Part shown: in pieces, positions 1 to 14,269 of the stretch | Layout of the letters: each line of letters starts with the position of its first letter | How positions within the stretch are numbered: the stretch's first letter is position 1 | NCBI GenBank assembly: GCA_964016885.1 | Contig: CAXHJY010000533.1 | Coordinates: forward strand, 14,329-78,328 | Reading direction: 5' to 3' | DNA length: 64,000 nucleotides | Source of the DNA: Eledone cirrhosa | Taxonomy: Eukaryota | Notes under the pieces: generated by a model | What the model saw: the letters and a program-made list of their open reading frames with translations, nothing else | Told to the model about the DNA's origin: nothing | Databases searched by the model: none | Made by a program: the position numbers and the translations under genes

Positions 1-340
1 TATGCATGCATGTGTGTGTGTGTATATAGGCATGTGTATGTATTTGTTATAGATATATATATGTGTATGCGTATGTATGGGCCCAGCACTATGTGTCAAT
101 AATTGTCACAAGTGTAGTATTTGTACCAGAGTTTTCAAGTCGCTGGCTGGACTAAGAAGTCACACTCGTTCAGCGCATCGGTAGGGGTTCTCCTACATGG
201 ATATAAAGTAGTGGCCGTACTCGAAAACGAGTTGGCAGCCACCATGTATATCATCATTCATCATTTTCATTTCATTTTACATCCACTTTTCCCTGCTTGC
301 AAGGGTGGGACGGGAAATATATATATATGTGTATGTATAA

Positions 341-807
341 AACAAAACCTGTCAAAGGGCAAAGGAGCTCTTAAGAGTCAATGGCCATCCAAAATCACCG
401 GGAGAGATGACCCCTTAGCCTCTGTCAAGGTAGAATTCTAGGAGAAGGAAAACTCTGATCTAACACCTGCAACCCTGATGGTATCCAATGATGATGGCTT
501 GTTCTTCTTTTTGGTAAATATCATCTTGGTTAAGAGAGTGGGACTGGCTTTGTGCAGTGCCTTTGCTCACTATAAAAGCTTCATGGCACAGGCATTGCTT
601 TATATCTGGAGATCTCTCTGCACTTGTCGTCACATGGTACCAAGGGCCCAGCACTGTGTCAATAATTGTCACAAGTGCAGTGTTTGTACCAGAGTTTTCA
701 AGTCGCTGGCTGGACTAAAAAGTCACACTCGTTCAGTGCATCGGTAGGGGTTCTCCTACATGGATATAAAGTAGTGGCCGTACTCGAAAACGAGTTGGCA
801 GCCACCA
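341..807 (+). mobile_element. Non-autonomous RTE-like retroelement (3' end encodes C2H2 CSVCTRVFKSLAGLKSHTRSVH)
   Basis: Near-identical 3' copies at about 79-245 and 48628-48838, each ending in microsatellite; a C-terminal C2H2 is typical of RTE ORFs. Confidence 0.6.
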
Positions 808-852
808 TATGCATGTATATATATATACATATATATAAAATCTCTACGACAG

Positions 853-958
853 GCCCATACATCTGAAGACAGACAACAAGCCAAGTCACTTTATCTTCCA
901 CTGGCAGAGAGGATGACCTTGAAATACATCAAAGAAGATAAAATTGAAGCTGAAGCAG
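853..958 (+). CDS. NAA25: NAA25 exon ([35 protein letters not shown])
   Basis: cag|GCC ... GCAG|gtaatg. Confidence 0.9.
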
Positions 959-2509
959 GTAATGTTGTTATTGTTGTTGTTGCTACTGCTGCTGTTGTTG
1001 TTGTTGTTGTTGCTGCTGCTGCTGCTGCTGTAGTGGTGGTGGTGGTGGTAGTAGTGTTGCTTGCTATTGTTGTTCTTCATTTATTGCTAATGTGATGATG
1101 ATTGTGGTGTTGGTGATGGTATTATTTGTGGTGATGGTGTTAATAGTGGTGGTGGTAGTGGTGATGGTGGTGGTGGTGGTGGTGGTGGCGATGGTGTTAA
1201 TTGTGGTAGTGGTGATGGTGTTAATAGTGGTGGTGGTGGTGGTGGCGATGGTGTTAATTGTGGTAGTGGTGGTGATGGTGTTAATTGTGGTAGTGGTGGT
1301 GGCGATGGTGTTAATTGTGGTAGTGGTGTTGGTGGTGGTGGTTGCGGTTGTAGTGTTGATAGTGGTTTGTGGTTGTGGTGGTGTTAGTGTTGATGACATA
1401 GTGTGTGTAGTGTGATGGTGGTGGTGTTAATGGTGGGTAGTAGTGATGTTGATGGTAGTGATAGTGGTGGTGGTGTGAAGTATGTTATGTTAGTGGTGGT
1501 GGTGTAGAGAGGAGAAGGGAGATTTCAATTGTTTTGTTTGAATCTATATTGTTTGCTTGGAGTTGATATTCTGGTATAATGTGTGTGTGTGTGTGTGTAT
1601 ACTGTATCAAGGTTCATGTCTGCCTGTTCGACCGTTTGTCCATCTATGTTTCTATGTAAGTGGCTGGACCAGGTCATAAAAGTTGTACAACTAATACGGG
1701 ATAGATTTTAACATAGATGAATCATCCTCATCATCGTTTAACATCCATCTTCCACGCTAGCATGGGTCTGGACGGGAATTGTCCCACTTGAGGCAAGATT
1801 GGTTGTCTTGCTCAGGACTGTCTGGCGGGTTTTCTACGGCTGGATGCCCTTCCTAACACCAACCACGTTTACAGTGTGGAACTGGGAGGTTTTTACCTAC
1901 ACGGCCACATTACAGCGTGGACTGTGTGTGTTTTTTTTTTGTTGTGACACCTACACGACCTCATTTATTTAGGACTGGATGCTGTGGTACCAACATAGCT
2001 TTACATCGAAAGGGGGGGTGTAGATGGCGGTGGGGGTAGGATTAGTGGGACGGGGGTGTATTTTGGTTAAGAGGTGCCTACTGACTGTAGGTTTCGCTTT
2101 GTACTCAGGCAAGGTGGGTCTTCTGTATTACTGTGTAGCGCCAAAGATCTCGGTCCAGTGACATTGTCTTGGAGAGGTGTAAGTGTGTGAGGTCGGATTT
2201 TATCAAGTCGTCCCAGGTTTTTCTGGGTCTGCCTACTCCGTGGCTACCATCAATTTTGATCGCCCTGCACTTTTTTATACAGCTGTCGTCTTTCATGCGC
2301 ATCACGTGACCATACCAACGTAGTCTTCTCTCGAGTAAACAGCATCTGATCCCTCTTATTCCTAATTTCTCACTTAGTTCATTTATGCTTTGCCGTTCGC
2401 GTATATTATTATTACACATCCAGCGGAGCATGCAAGCTGCACACAAGGCCCATGTCTCACTGCCATGTAACATCGCTGTTCGTATGGAGGCATCATACAG
2501 CCTGCCTTT

Positions 2510-2541
<32 letters not shown>

Positions 2542-3254
2542 CACCGCTGGGTAAAGAAGTGCCAAGGAATACCAGTAGAAGGAAGACCACAAAAAACATG
2601 GGCGGAGGTGGTGAGAGAAGACCTCAGATCGCTGAAGCTCACGGAGGAGATGACAAAGGACCGTGACAAATGGAGAGATGCTGTGCTGAATAGGACCCGT
2701 CCCACCCTTGCAGGCAGAGAAAAGCGAACATAAAATGATGATGGTACACACACACTGCCATCACATGTATATATGTATATATATATATATGTATGCATAT
2801 ATATGTATACAAAGGGGTGCTGAAAGAGGCCTGGCTTGGTTGCTGCTACAGAGGTCTTGTTGGAGGCCCAACCTTCCAAATTCTTTTTACAGGGCTTAGA
2901 AAAACTGAAGGACCGCTGGAATAAGTTTGTGATTCTGAGAGGAGAATATGATGACTGAAGTCATAATTAAAACTGAACCTCCTGTATTTTCTTTTACTCA
3001 AAGCCAGGAACTTTTCAGCACACCCTCATGTGTGTATATATATATATATTCCATATTTCCCAGTGTTGAAGACAGTACTTTCTTCCTAAAATAAGTCTCA
3101 AAAATCTACCATGCATCCTGGAAGCCGAAGGTTGTTTATTAATTTTTTTTCAAATTTTTGGTTGTCAGAATTAGGGTGGTTCCTTGAGGACGAAGGTCTT
3201 CGGCGCTGGAAATACGGTATATATACACACACACACTTCATCACGTGTGTGTGT

Positions 3255-3309
<55 letters not shown>

Positions 3310-6300
3310 CACAATTAGACTTGTACTCTAACATTTCCACTATTGTTCCCATTCTCCTTTCACTCTCTCAAACCCACTTCCTCCTCTTTCTCTCTTCCCA
3401 TCAGAGATTCATCTTTATTTGATAATACTAAAACAGTTGGAGAAGTGGCAGGAAGCTATAGATCTGTTGCAGGGACCCCTTGGAGGTGAGAAACTTGCTT
3501 AACCTTTTCGCTGCTGTCTTGTTATGTACTGTGTAATGGTGTTGGGGACAGTTGATTAACCCTTTTGTTTCCATATTTCTAACAAAAGACACTTTATGTC
3601 ATTAACCCTTCCATTACCATATTTCTAATGAAAGACACTGCCTGTGTTATTAACCCTTTCATTACCATATTTCTCATGAAAGACACTGTCTATGTCATTA
3701 ACCCTTCCATTACCATATTTCTAATGTAAGACACTGTCTATGTCATTAACCCTTCCATTACCATATATCTAATGTAAGACACTGCCTATGTCATTAACCC
3801 TTCCATTACCATATTTCTAATGAAAGACACTGTCTATATCATTAACCCTTTCATTACCATATTTCTAATGTAAGACACTGACTATGTCATTAGCCCTTCC
3901 ATTACCATATTTCTAATGAAAGACACTGTCTATGTCATTAACCCTTCCATTACCATATTTCTAATGTAAGACAGTGTCTATGTCATTAACCCTTTCATTA
4001 CCATATTTATAATGAAAGACACTGTCTATGTCATTAACCCTTTCATTACCATATTTATAATGAAAGACACTGTCTATGTCATTAACCCTTTCATTACCAT
4101 ATTTCTAATGAAAGACACTGTCTATGTCATTAACCCTTCCATTACCATATTTCTAATGAAAGACACTGTCTATGTCATTAACCCTTTCATTACCATATTT
4201 CTAATGAAAGACACTGTCTATGTCATTAACCCTTCCATTACCATATTTCTAATGTAAGACACTGTCTATGTCATTAACCCTTTCATTACTATATTTCTAA
4301 TGAAAGACACTGTCTATGTCATTAACCCTTCCATTACCATATTTCTAATGTAAGACAGTATCATAAAAAATTATTATTTATCATCATGATGTTGTTGTTG
4401 TTGTTGTCGCTGTTTATTGAAATGTTTCTCTTCCAGAAAAATTCACAAGTGAAATTGACTTTCGGAAAAAAGAGATAGCGCATTTGTATTGTAAATTGAA
4501 GAAATGGTCTGATGCTAATATAGCTTACCAGGCATTACTACAGGAGAAGTAAGTTCAGGCTTTTGATTTTTTTTATCAATTATCGCATATACTCAAATAT
4601 AAGCTGACTCTCACCACCTTTTATATGTCTGAGAAATGGGCGAAAATTCAAACCCTGTTTATAAACCAAGGCAGCTAATCAACACATTGTTTAGATGGTG
4701 TATATAAGCTGACCATCCCCTCCATTTTACCATCGAGTTTTTGGTCACATATTCCTCAGTTCATATTCAAATATACCCCATATTTCCCTGCGTCGAAGAC
4801 ACTACTTTTTTCCTAAAATAAGTCTAAAAAATCTACCATGCGTCCCCGAGGATGAAGCGTCTTCGGTGCCAGGAAATACGGTATATGGTATGTTTGGTAG
4901 CAGGGATGATGTGGTAATGTTAATGAAGATGGTGGTGGTGATGATGATGATGTTAATATTGACTCTCTCTTTTTCTCTCTCTCACCTCAGCCCAGATGAC
5001 TGGAACTTCTGGAGTCAATATTTAACATGTGTCACTGAACTCGTGAAGGTAAAGAAGGACAGCAATGAAGAAGATAATAGGTGAGTGGTAGGGGGTGTGG
5101 TAATGGTTGTAGCAGTGGGTAATAATTGTTTCTACTTTAGGCACAAGGCCAGCAATTATCCAGTGCATTACTGGTAAATAATAAGCAGGGAGTGGGGTTA
5201 AAAAATCTGAAAAATTAACCCTTTAGCATTTAAACCAACTGTATCCGGCCAGAATTCTCTCACATCTTTCTGTTCAAACCAGCCGTAACTAACCACTCAT
5301 ACTTATGTTAAGGTGTTGTTCTCAAAATAAATGATATTAGAATCTGGTGAATTTGATATCATGTAAGATAAAGCCTTTACTGTGAAAATACAACAGTATA
5401 TATAGAGTAATGTAAATGTTATGTGAGATATTATGTGAGGTAAAGCCTTTACTGTGAAAATACAATAGTATATATAGAGTAATGTAAATGCTAAAGGGTT
5501 AAGCGAGCACAGGTGAATATTCAAGACCTGAGAGTACCTACATGTTGACACACACACACTCCCATTGACTAATGTTATATTATTCTGTCGTTTCAGTGAT
5601 TCCTCAGACCATTGTACAATAGAGAAGGCTGTGTCATTTATTGAGAAACTTGCCGATGAAAACCGAGAAATTGAACGGCCTCTTCGCGGCCCTTACCTTG
5701 CACAACTACATCTACTCAAGATGCTCCACAACGACAACACCAATGATTATTCAGATATTATAGGTACTGTCATCATCATCATCATCATCATCATCATCGT
5801 TTAACGTCCATCTTCCACGCTTGCATGGGTTTGGACGGGAGATTTCCCACTTGAGGCAAGAGTGGTTGTCTTTCTCGCATAGGACTGTCTGGCGGGTTTT
5901 CTACGGCTGGATGCCCTTCCTAACACCAACCACGTTTACAGTGTGGAACTGGTAGGTTTTTACCGTGTTACCTACACGGCCACATTACAGCGTGGACTGT
6001 GTGTTTTTTTTGTCGTGACACCTACACAACCTCATTTGTTTCGGACTGGATGCTGTGGTACCAACATAACTTTACATTGAAAGGGGTGGTGTAGATGGCG
6101 GTGGGGGTAGTGGGACGGGGGTGTATTTTGTTAGAGGTGCCTACTGACTGTAGTAGGTTTCACTTTGCACTTAGGTAAGGCGGGTCTTCTCTATTACTGA
6201 GTACCGCCAAAGATCTCGGTCCAGTGACATTGTCTTGGAGAGGTGTAAGTGTGTGAGGTCGGAGTTTATCAAGTCGTCCCAGGTTTTTCTGGGTCTGCCT

Positions 6301-6468
6301 ACTCCGTGGCTAACGTCTATTTTTATTGCCCTGCACTTTTTTATACAGCTGTCATCTTTCATGCGCATCACGTGACCATACCAACGTAGCCTTCTCTCGA
6401 GTAAACAACATCTGTATATATACATATTCCATATACTGTACCGGTTGTGTTATTTCTGTTTATTTTTT

Positions 6469-6499
<31 letters not shown>

Positions 6500-7356
6500 A
6501 CAAAGAAGGATTGGCAAAATACCAAGGGGTGCCCCTGGTATCTTACCACTCCTTCTTTGTTATATATATATATATATATATATATATGGAGGCACATGGC
6601 TCAGTGGTTAGAGCATTGGCCTTGCAATCGAAAGGTTGTGAGTTCAATTCTCAGACCGGGTGATGTGTTGTTTCCTTGAGCAAGACACTTTATTTCACAT
6701 TGCTCCAGTTTACTCAGCTGTAGAAATGAGATGATAGGGACTGGGGTCCATATCATTCCACTGCAAAGTCGTCGTGAAGGTGCCACGGCAAAAAAAAAAG
6801 CACCCAGCACTCACTGTAAATGAGGTTGGTGTTAGGAAGGGCATCCAGGTGTAGAAATCAAGCCAGAATCAGTTCCCGTCCCACCCTTGCAAGCAGGGAA
6901 AAAGCGGACATAAAATGAAATGAAAATGAATGATGATACATATATTAAAATAACAGATTAAAGTTTAAGCAAAGAATCGCTACTTTCACCCTTAACGGGA
7001 TCTTCTGAAGCTAAAAAAATCCAAGGTGGGATTTGAAAAACCTCGGTGGGGTTTGAACTCAGATCATAAAGGGCCGTAACTCTATGCTGCAAAGCATGGC
7101 ATCCAACCCTCTACCAATAATTGTTTCTACTTTTGGCACAAGGCCAGCAATTACCCCAGTGCATTACCGGTACTTTATTTTATCGACCCCCGTAAGGATG
7201 ACAGGCAATGTTGACCTCGGCGGGATTTGAACTCAGATCATAAAGGGCCGTAACTCTATGGTGCAAAGCATGGCGTCCGACCCTCTACCAATACTGCCAG
7301 TAGAATGCAAGCTGGAAATAATTCTTACTCTCTCTTTCTCGCTCTATCACTATCAT

Positions 7357-7390
<34 letters not shown>

Positions 7391-10300
7391 CTACCATAAC
7401 TCTCTCTCTCTCTCCCCCCAGGTAAACCAACTGACCTACTGAAACAGTATTTCTCCATGTTTGGTGACAAATCTCGATGTTTTGGGGACATGCGGGACTA
7501 TATAACTATGTTAGGGGACAAGGACAAGAGTCAGGTAACCATGGAAACTCTTCTACTACCTACTTTACACTGTGTATATGTATGTGTATGTACACATGTG
7601 TCTGTCTGCGTGTGTGTATGTACATATGTTTCCGTGCGTGTATGTGCATGTCTTTTTGTGTGTGTGTATCTACATGTGTCTGTGTGTGTGTGTACATATG
7701 TGTATGCCTGTGTGTGTGTGTGTGTACACTTGTGTATGCCTGTGTATGTGTGTGTGTATCTACATGTCTGTGTGTGTGTGTATCTACATGTGCCTGTGTG
7801 TGTGTACATATGTGTATGCCTGTGTGTGTGTATCTACATGTGTCTGTATGTGTATATGTGTCTGTGTGTGAGTATGTACATGTGTCTGTCTGTGTATATG
7901 AGTACATATGTGTATGTGTGTGTGTGTGTGTACATGTTTGTCTTTGTGTATATATACATACGTGTCTGTTTAATGTGTGTAACTATATAACTGTTAGGGA
8001 ACAATGGGCTACCACCACCACCATCATCACAAACACCACCACTACCATCACCATCATCACAAACACCACCATTACATTCACCACCACTACCACCAGCACC
8101 ACCATCATCATCATAAAACACTACCACCATCAACACAACCATCACCATCAGTTAGGGATAACTTCTTTCTTTGTCTTCCACAGTTTCTGACTTCAATCAA
8201 CGAAGATTTACGTTTAAACATGGGTGATAACTCACAGGAATTTCCTCAAACTGTAAGTATTGAAACAGGAAGTGTGTAATGGTTTGTGTGTGTGTTATAT
8301 GAACAGTGTGTAGTGGTGTGTGAGTGTGTAATGGTCTGTGTTATATGAACAGTGTGTAGTGGTGTGTGCGTGTGTAATGGTCTGTGTTATATGAACAGTG
8401 TGTAGTGGTGTGTGCGTGTGTAATGGTCTGTGTTATATGAACAGTGTGTAGTGTAGTGGTGTGTGCGTGTGTAATGGTCTGTGTTATATGAACAGTGTGT
8501 AGTGGTCTGTGTTATATGAACAGTGTGTAGTGTAGTGGTGTGTGCGTGTGTAATGGTCTGTGTTATATGAACAGTGTGTAGTGGTGTGTGTGTGTGTAAT
8601 GGTCTGTGTTATATGAACAGTGTGTGAGTGTGTAATGGTCTGTGTTAGATGAACTGTGTAGTGGTGTGTAATGGTGTGTTAGATGAACAGTGTGTAGTGG
8701 TGTGTGCGTGTGTAATGGTCTGTGTTATATCAACAGTGTGTAGTGGTGTGTGCGTGTGTAATGGTCTGTGTTATATCAACAGTGTGTAGTGTAGTGGTGT
8801 TATATGAACTGAACAGTGTGTAGTGTAGTGGTGTGTTATATGAACAGTGTGTAGTGTAGTATAGCAGTGTGTAATGGTCTGTTATATCGACAGTGTGTAG
8901 GTGTAGTGGTGTGTGTGTCCACAGGTGAAAATCAGTATAGAAACATAAGATCTACCTGCCTATCCATCCATTTGTCTATCTATCTTTCTACCTACCTGTC
9001 TACTTATCTACTGATCTGTCTGTCTGTCTATTTATCTGTCTATCTACTGGCCTGTCTGTCTGTCTGTCTACCTATGTATTTATCTGTCTATCTATTGGCC
9101 TGTCTGTCTGTCTATGTATTTATCTGTCTGTCTGTCTACCTGTCTATTTATCTGTCTATCTACTGACCTGTCTGTCTACCTGTCTACCTATCTGTCTATC
9201 TACTGACCTACCTGTCTGTCTGTCTACCTATGTATTTATCTGTCTGTCTGTCTGTCTACCTGTCTATCTACTGGCCTGTCTGTCTGTCTGTCTACCTGTC
9301 TATCTATCTGTCTATCTACTGGCCTGTATGTCTGTCTGTCTACCTGTCTATTTATCTGTCTATCTACTGGCCTGTCTGTCTGTCTACTTGTCTATCTACT
9401 GACCTACCTGTCTGTCTGTCTGTCTACCTATGTATTTATCTGTCTGTCTGTCTGTCTACCTGTCTATTTATCTGTCTATCTACTGCCCTACCTGTCTGTC
9501 TGTCTACCTGCTCACCTGTCTATCTGTTGTGTCTACAGGTGAAATCAATGCAGCAACATATGACCTACCTCCGTCTGGAGCGGAGTCTAGGTAACTATGA
9601 ACATATGACAACTGAAGATAGGATGTCGCAGGTGAAAGATCTTCTCAAATTTTATAAACATGGTCTCACACTTGGTGAGTAGTGTCTTTCCTTCTCTTCT
9701 ACCTCTCATTCAAATATATTGGCCCAAATGTGGCTTTTAGATTCAGATTTTAGTTTAACCCTTTCGTTAGCAACCCGGCCCAAACTGGCTCTGGTTCTAT
9801 GAAATAAAACCATTCTTTTTAGGTTCTTCATCATCATTTCATTTTACGTCCGCCTTTTCCCTGCTTGCAAGGGTGGGACGGAACTGATTCTGGCTTGATT
9901 TCTACAGCTGGATGCCCTTCCTAACACCAACCTCATTTACAGTGAGTGCTGGGTGCTTTTTTGCCGTGGCACCTCCACGACCACTTTGTAGTGGAATGAT
10001 ATGGACCCCAGTCCCTATCATCTCATTTCTACAGCTGAGTAAACTGGAGCAATGTGAAATAAAGTGTCTTGCTCAAGGAAACAACACATCACCCGGTCTG
10101 AGAATTGAATTCACAGCCTTTCGATTGCAAGCCCAATGCTCTAACCACTAAGCCATGTGCCTCCATGTTCTTATATAAATTAGAATCATCTCACATAATT
10201 TATAATTGAACTATATGTTAATATTTAACCCTTTAGTTACCAGCTCAGCCAAATCCAGCTATGATCCTGTGTAATAAAACCACCCATTTTAAAGGTTTCC

Positions 10301-12948
10301 AATTTAAATTAAAATCTTCCAACATAATTTTATATAAGAAGCTTACATTCTCTCCCCTTTGTCTGTCAACAGGTAAAGATCTTCTCTCCACTGATATTCA
10401 GTATGCCGACACTTACCTTCTACTAGCAATGTATCTATTGCTGGATATATATAACCAAACAGGTAAATATAGATACACACAGAACAACAACAACAACAGC
10501 ACTTATATATATAAACAAACAGGTAAATACAGACACACAACAACAGTTATATGTATGCTTTTGTGTTCTAGGCCTAAATCCCTATCACCCTGCCACCCTC
10601 CCCATTCTTCTATGGCACTAGAGCAAGGGGGTGTAACATATTCCATTGGCGGGCCACTTTTGAACATTGGAACAGCACAACTATTAGGGCCATTAGGGGC
10701 CATTAATATTTATTAAGCACTATTCCAAAGATTCACGACAACTTCTTTCCATAACATGGAACTGGGAAATTATAACACACATAAGCCTATCAGTGAAGCT
10801 GAAGTAAGATGACTGGCTGGATAGTATGGAAGAGAAAGGTGTGAGAAGGGCTGTGATTTGTGGGAGTGAGGCATGAGTGGTGAACGCGGAGCAACAGAGA
10901 TGGCTGGAGAGAACAGAAGGGAATGGTGAAGAAAGACAAAAGTGACTGGGTGAAAGGAATAAAGCCTGTGATGACTTGTGAAGAGAGATGGTTGAGGTGG
11001 GGGGAGTAAAGCCTGTGAAGAAAGGAGTGAGATGGCTGGGTCAGGTGTTGAGATGGGAGGAGTAGAGCCTGTGAAGAAAGGAGTGAGATGGGAGGAGTAG
11101 AGCCTGTGAAGAAAGGAGTGAGATGGGAGGAGTAGAGCCTGTATTACGGTTGTTACGAAAATAATTCTAAATAAGCCTACACGGTAAAAATTAAAAGCAG
11201 TCATGGCGGGCCGGATTGTCTCTAACTTAATAGCTATATTCCATAAATAGATAAAATATTTGTTGTAGAAAGAGGGAATAAAACCTTTTCTTTATTTTAA
11301 CATCAATATTTTTTTTATTAATGTTGTTGTTATTGTTGTTGTTATGCAGGTGATACAGGTGTGTTATGGCAGATTATTGCACAGTTGGAAAAAGGACTGA
11401 AGAGCTCTCCATCAAATTTCCAAATCAAATTACTTTTAATACGACTTTATTGTACAGTTGGTAAGTTGGCTTTTCAGGGAAGAGGCTCTTCCTCCATTTT
11501 ACTTACAGTTCTTCTTCTTGTTCTAGTTGTTGTTGTTGTGGAGATGTAGAGGTGGTTGGACAGAGTGGAAGAGAACGGTGTATGTATGCTCCATGTGGGA
11601 GAAGTGCCTTGATTTCTGGGAATGACACATGTAGCAGTAGAGATGGCTGGCTGGACAGAATGGAAGAGAAAGGTGTATGTATGCTCCATGTGGGAGAAGG
11701 GCTGTGATTTATGGGAGTGAGACATGTAGCAGTAGAGATGGCTGGCTGGACAATATGGAAGAGAAAGGTGTATGTATGCTCCATGTGGGAGAAGGGCTGT
11801 GATTTATGGGAGTGAGACATGTAGCAGTAGAGATGGCTGGCTGGACAGAATGGAAGAGAAAGGTGTATGTATGCTCCATGTGGGAGAAGGGCTGTGATTT
11901 ATGGGAGTGAGACATGTAGCAGTAGAGATGGCTGGATGGACAGTATGGAAGAGAAAGGTGTATGTATGCTCCATGTGGGAGAAGGGCTGTGATTTATGGG
12001 AGTGAGACATGGAGCAACAGAGATGGCTGGAGCGAACAGAAGGGAAAGGTGAGGAAAGACAAAAGTGACTGGGTGAAAGGAATAAAGCCTGTGATGAATG
12101 TTGTGAAGAGAGGTGGAGTGAGATGGTTGAGGTGGGAGGAGTAAAGCCTGTGAAGAAAGGCGTGAGATGGCTGGGTCAGGTGTTGAGGAAGGATGGAAGT
12201 GAGAGTGAGAAGGGGAGGGGGTGGAGTGATGGAAATGAATGTGGAAAGAGACATGATTGAAGGTGATGGAGGAGGAAATGAAAGCCAGAGAAAGGTGCAG
12301 ATGATGGTGCAAAATGTAGAAATTTGTTATGAGGCCCGCATGGAAGCTGGCCCTAAAACACTTCTCATTGCATCTGATTTGTTGTAGGTGCGTTTGGTCC
12401 CTGTACAGACATATATGACAGCATGGAGGCAAAACATATCATTAACGATACATTAGGGTGAGTTGTGTTCTTGCTTTTGTATTTCAACTCTTAACATCTT
12501 GTAATGAGTTAGCATTTAAACCGGCCATATCTGGCCAGAATTCTCTCACCTCTTTCTGTTCAAACCAGCTATAACTGGCCACTCATACTGACATTAAGGT
12601 ATTGTTCTCTAAATAAATAACATCAAAATCTCGTAGATTTGATATTATGTGAGATAATTATGTAAGATAAAGCCTTTACCACAAAAATACAATAGTTATA
12701 TATAGAGAGTTAAAGTAAATGCTAAAGGGTTAACAGAAAATATCTACAAACAAGTTTGTTTATTTGAAATGTTTCTAGTATCTTTCTTACTGGACAGATC
12801 ATTATGGAAACTCACATCTCTCTTTAAATAATATTCTTTCTGTCTTGTCATGTCTTTCTCCCTTTTAATTAAGCCCCTACATTTTAGTGTCTCTATTGCC
12901 ATGCTTGGTGTGTGTATATAAATATATATATATAAATATATATATACT

Positions 12949-12992
<44 letters not shown>

Positions 12993-13064
12993 CTCTCCTT
13001 TATGATGTTTATAATATATTGCAAGGAGATGATGTGTGTATATATATATATATAGTAAGAAGGA

Positions 13065-13100
<36 letters not shown>

Positions 13101-13315
13101 ACAAGGAGGATGTGTGTGTGTAACTATGTATATATATAGTAAGAACGATGTGTGTATATATATATATATATAGCAAGAAGGATGTGTGTGTGTGTATATA
13201 TATATAGCAAGAAGGATGTGTGTATATATATATATATATAGTAAGAAGGATGTGTGTGTATATATATATATAGCAAGAAGGATGTGTGTATATATATATA
13301 TATATAGTAAGAAGG

Positions 13316-13346
<31 letters not shown>

Positions 13347-13429
13347 GATATATATATATATATAATAAGAAGGATGTGTGTGTATATATAGCAAGAAGGA
13401 TGTGTGTGTGTATATATATAGTAAGAGGG

Positions 13430-13493
<64 letters not shown>

Positions 13494-14206
13494 TTATATA
13501 TAAAAACAAAAATGGCTGTCTGTATGCAGGTGATGCATTTCCACAGTTTCCATCCAATTGTGTTCCAAACCTAATATATTCCTTCCATATACTGTACCGG
13601 TTGTGTTATTATTTCTGTTTCATCATCATCATCATCTTCGTTTAACGTCCATCTTCCACGGGAGTTGTCCCACTTGAGGCAAGGTTGGTTGGGTGACTTG
13701 TCTCTCGCTCATTACCTTTTACATACATATAATGATAGGCTGTTATTTATTTGTGTTTCAGCTATGTTGTTGCTAACCATGTAAATCGGTTAGGCCATTT
13801 CCTCTCAGCACACATGATGTACAACACAATGTTGAGATTCTTCTCAGTCAACCATAAGGAGGTATGTCACACCATGTCTTTTACATATCTAGACACTACA
13901 TATTTGTTTTTACTTCTTCATCCATCTTACATTCTCTCTCTCTCTCTGAATATATACAGGGTGCCCCCCCCCCCCACACACACACACACACAAAAAATAC
14001 AAATGTGTACACACTTTAATTACCTGTACAGGCAGTATATATTAGAATGCTGTTGAAGTGTGTATACATGTTTGGGTGACACCCTATATATATATATATA
14101 TATATAATTGCCTTGTCTGATGAACGAATGCGGACGTGTCTTGTATTCGTCTTGTTCGGGAAACCTCTGGTAATGAGGTAATTATACTGTATTGTTTATT
14201 ATACAT

Positions 14207-14269
<63 letters not shown>

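Noticed and set aside
478-747. C2H2 zinc-finger gene
   Set aside because: Single finger within a dispersed repeat matching an RTE-type 3' end, inside an NAA25 intron
6588-6670. tRNA gene
   Set aside because: A/B boxes continue into a SINE body and tail repeated at least 10 times; no clean cloverleaf or acceptor stem
8918-8936. Extra NAA25 exon at ccacag|gtgaaaatcag, resembling the 9539 acceptor
   Set aside because: In phase 0 it reads VKISIET then stop and runs into microsatellite; no donor; flanking exons join without it
9912-10151. Recurrent 79-aa [12 protein letters not shown]...QCSNH (5-6 copies)
   Set aside because: Antisense reading of SINE family A; recurrence reflects repeat copy number, not a gene family
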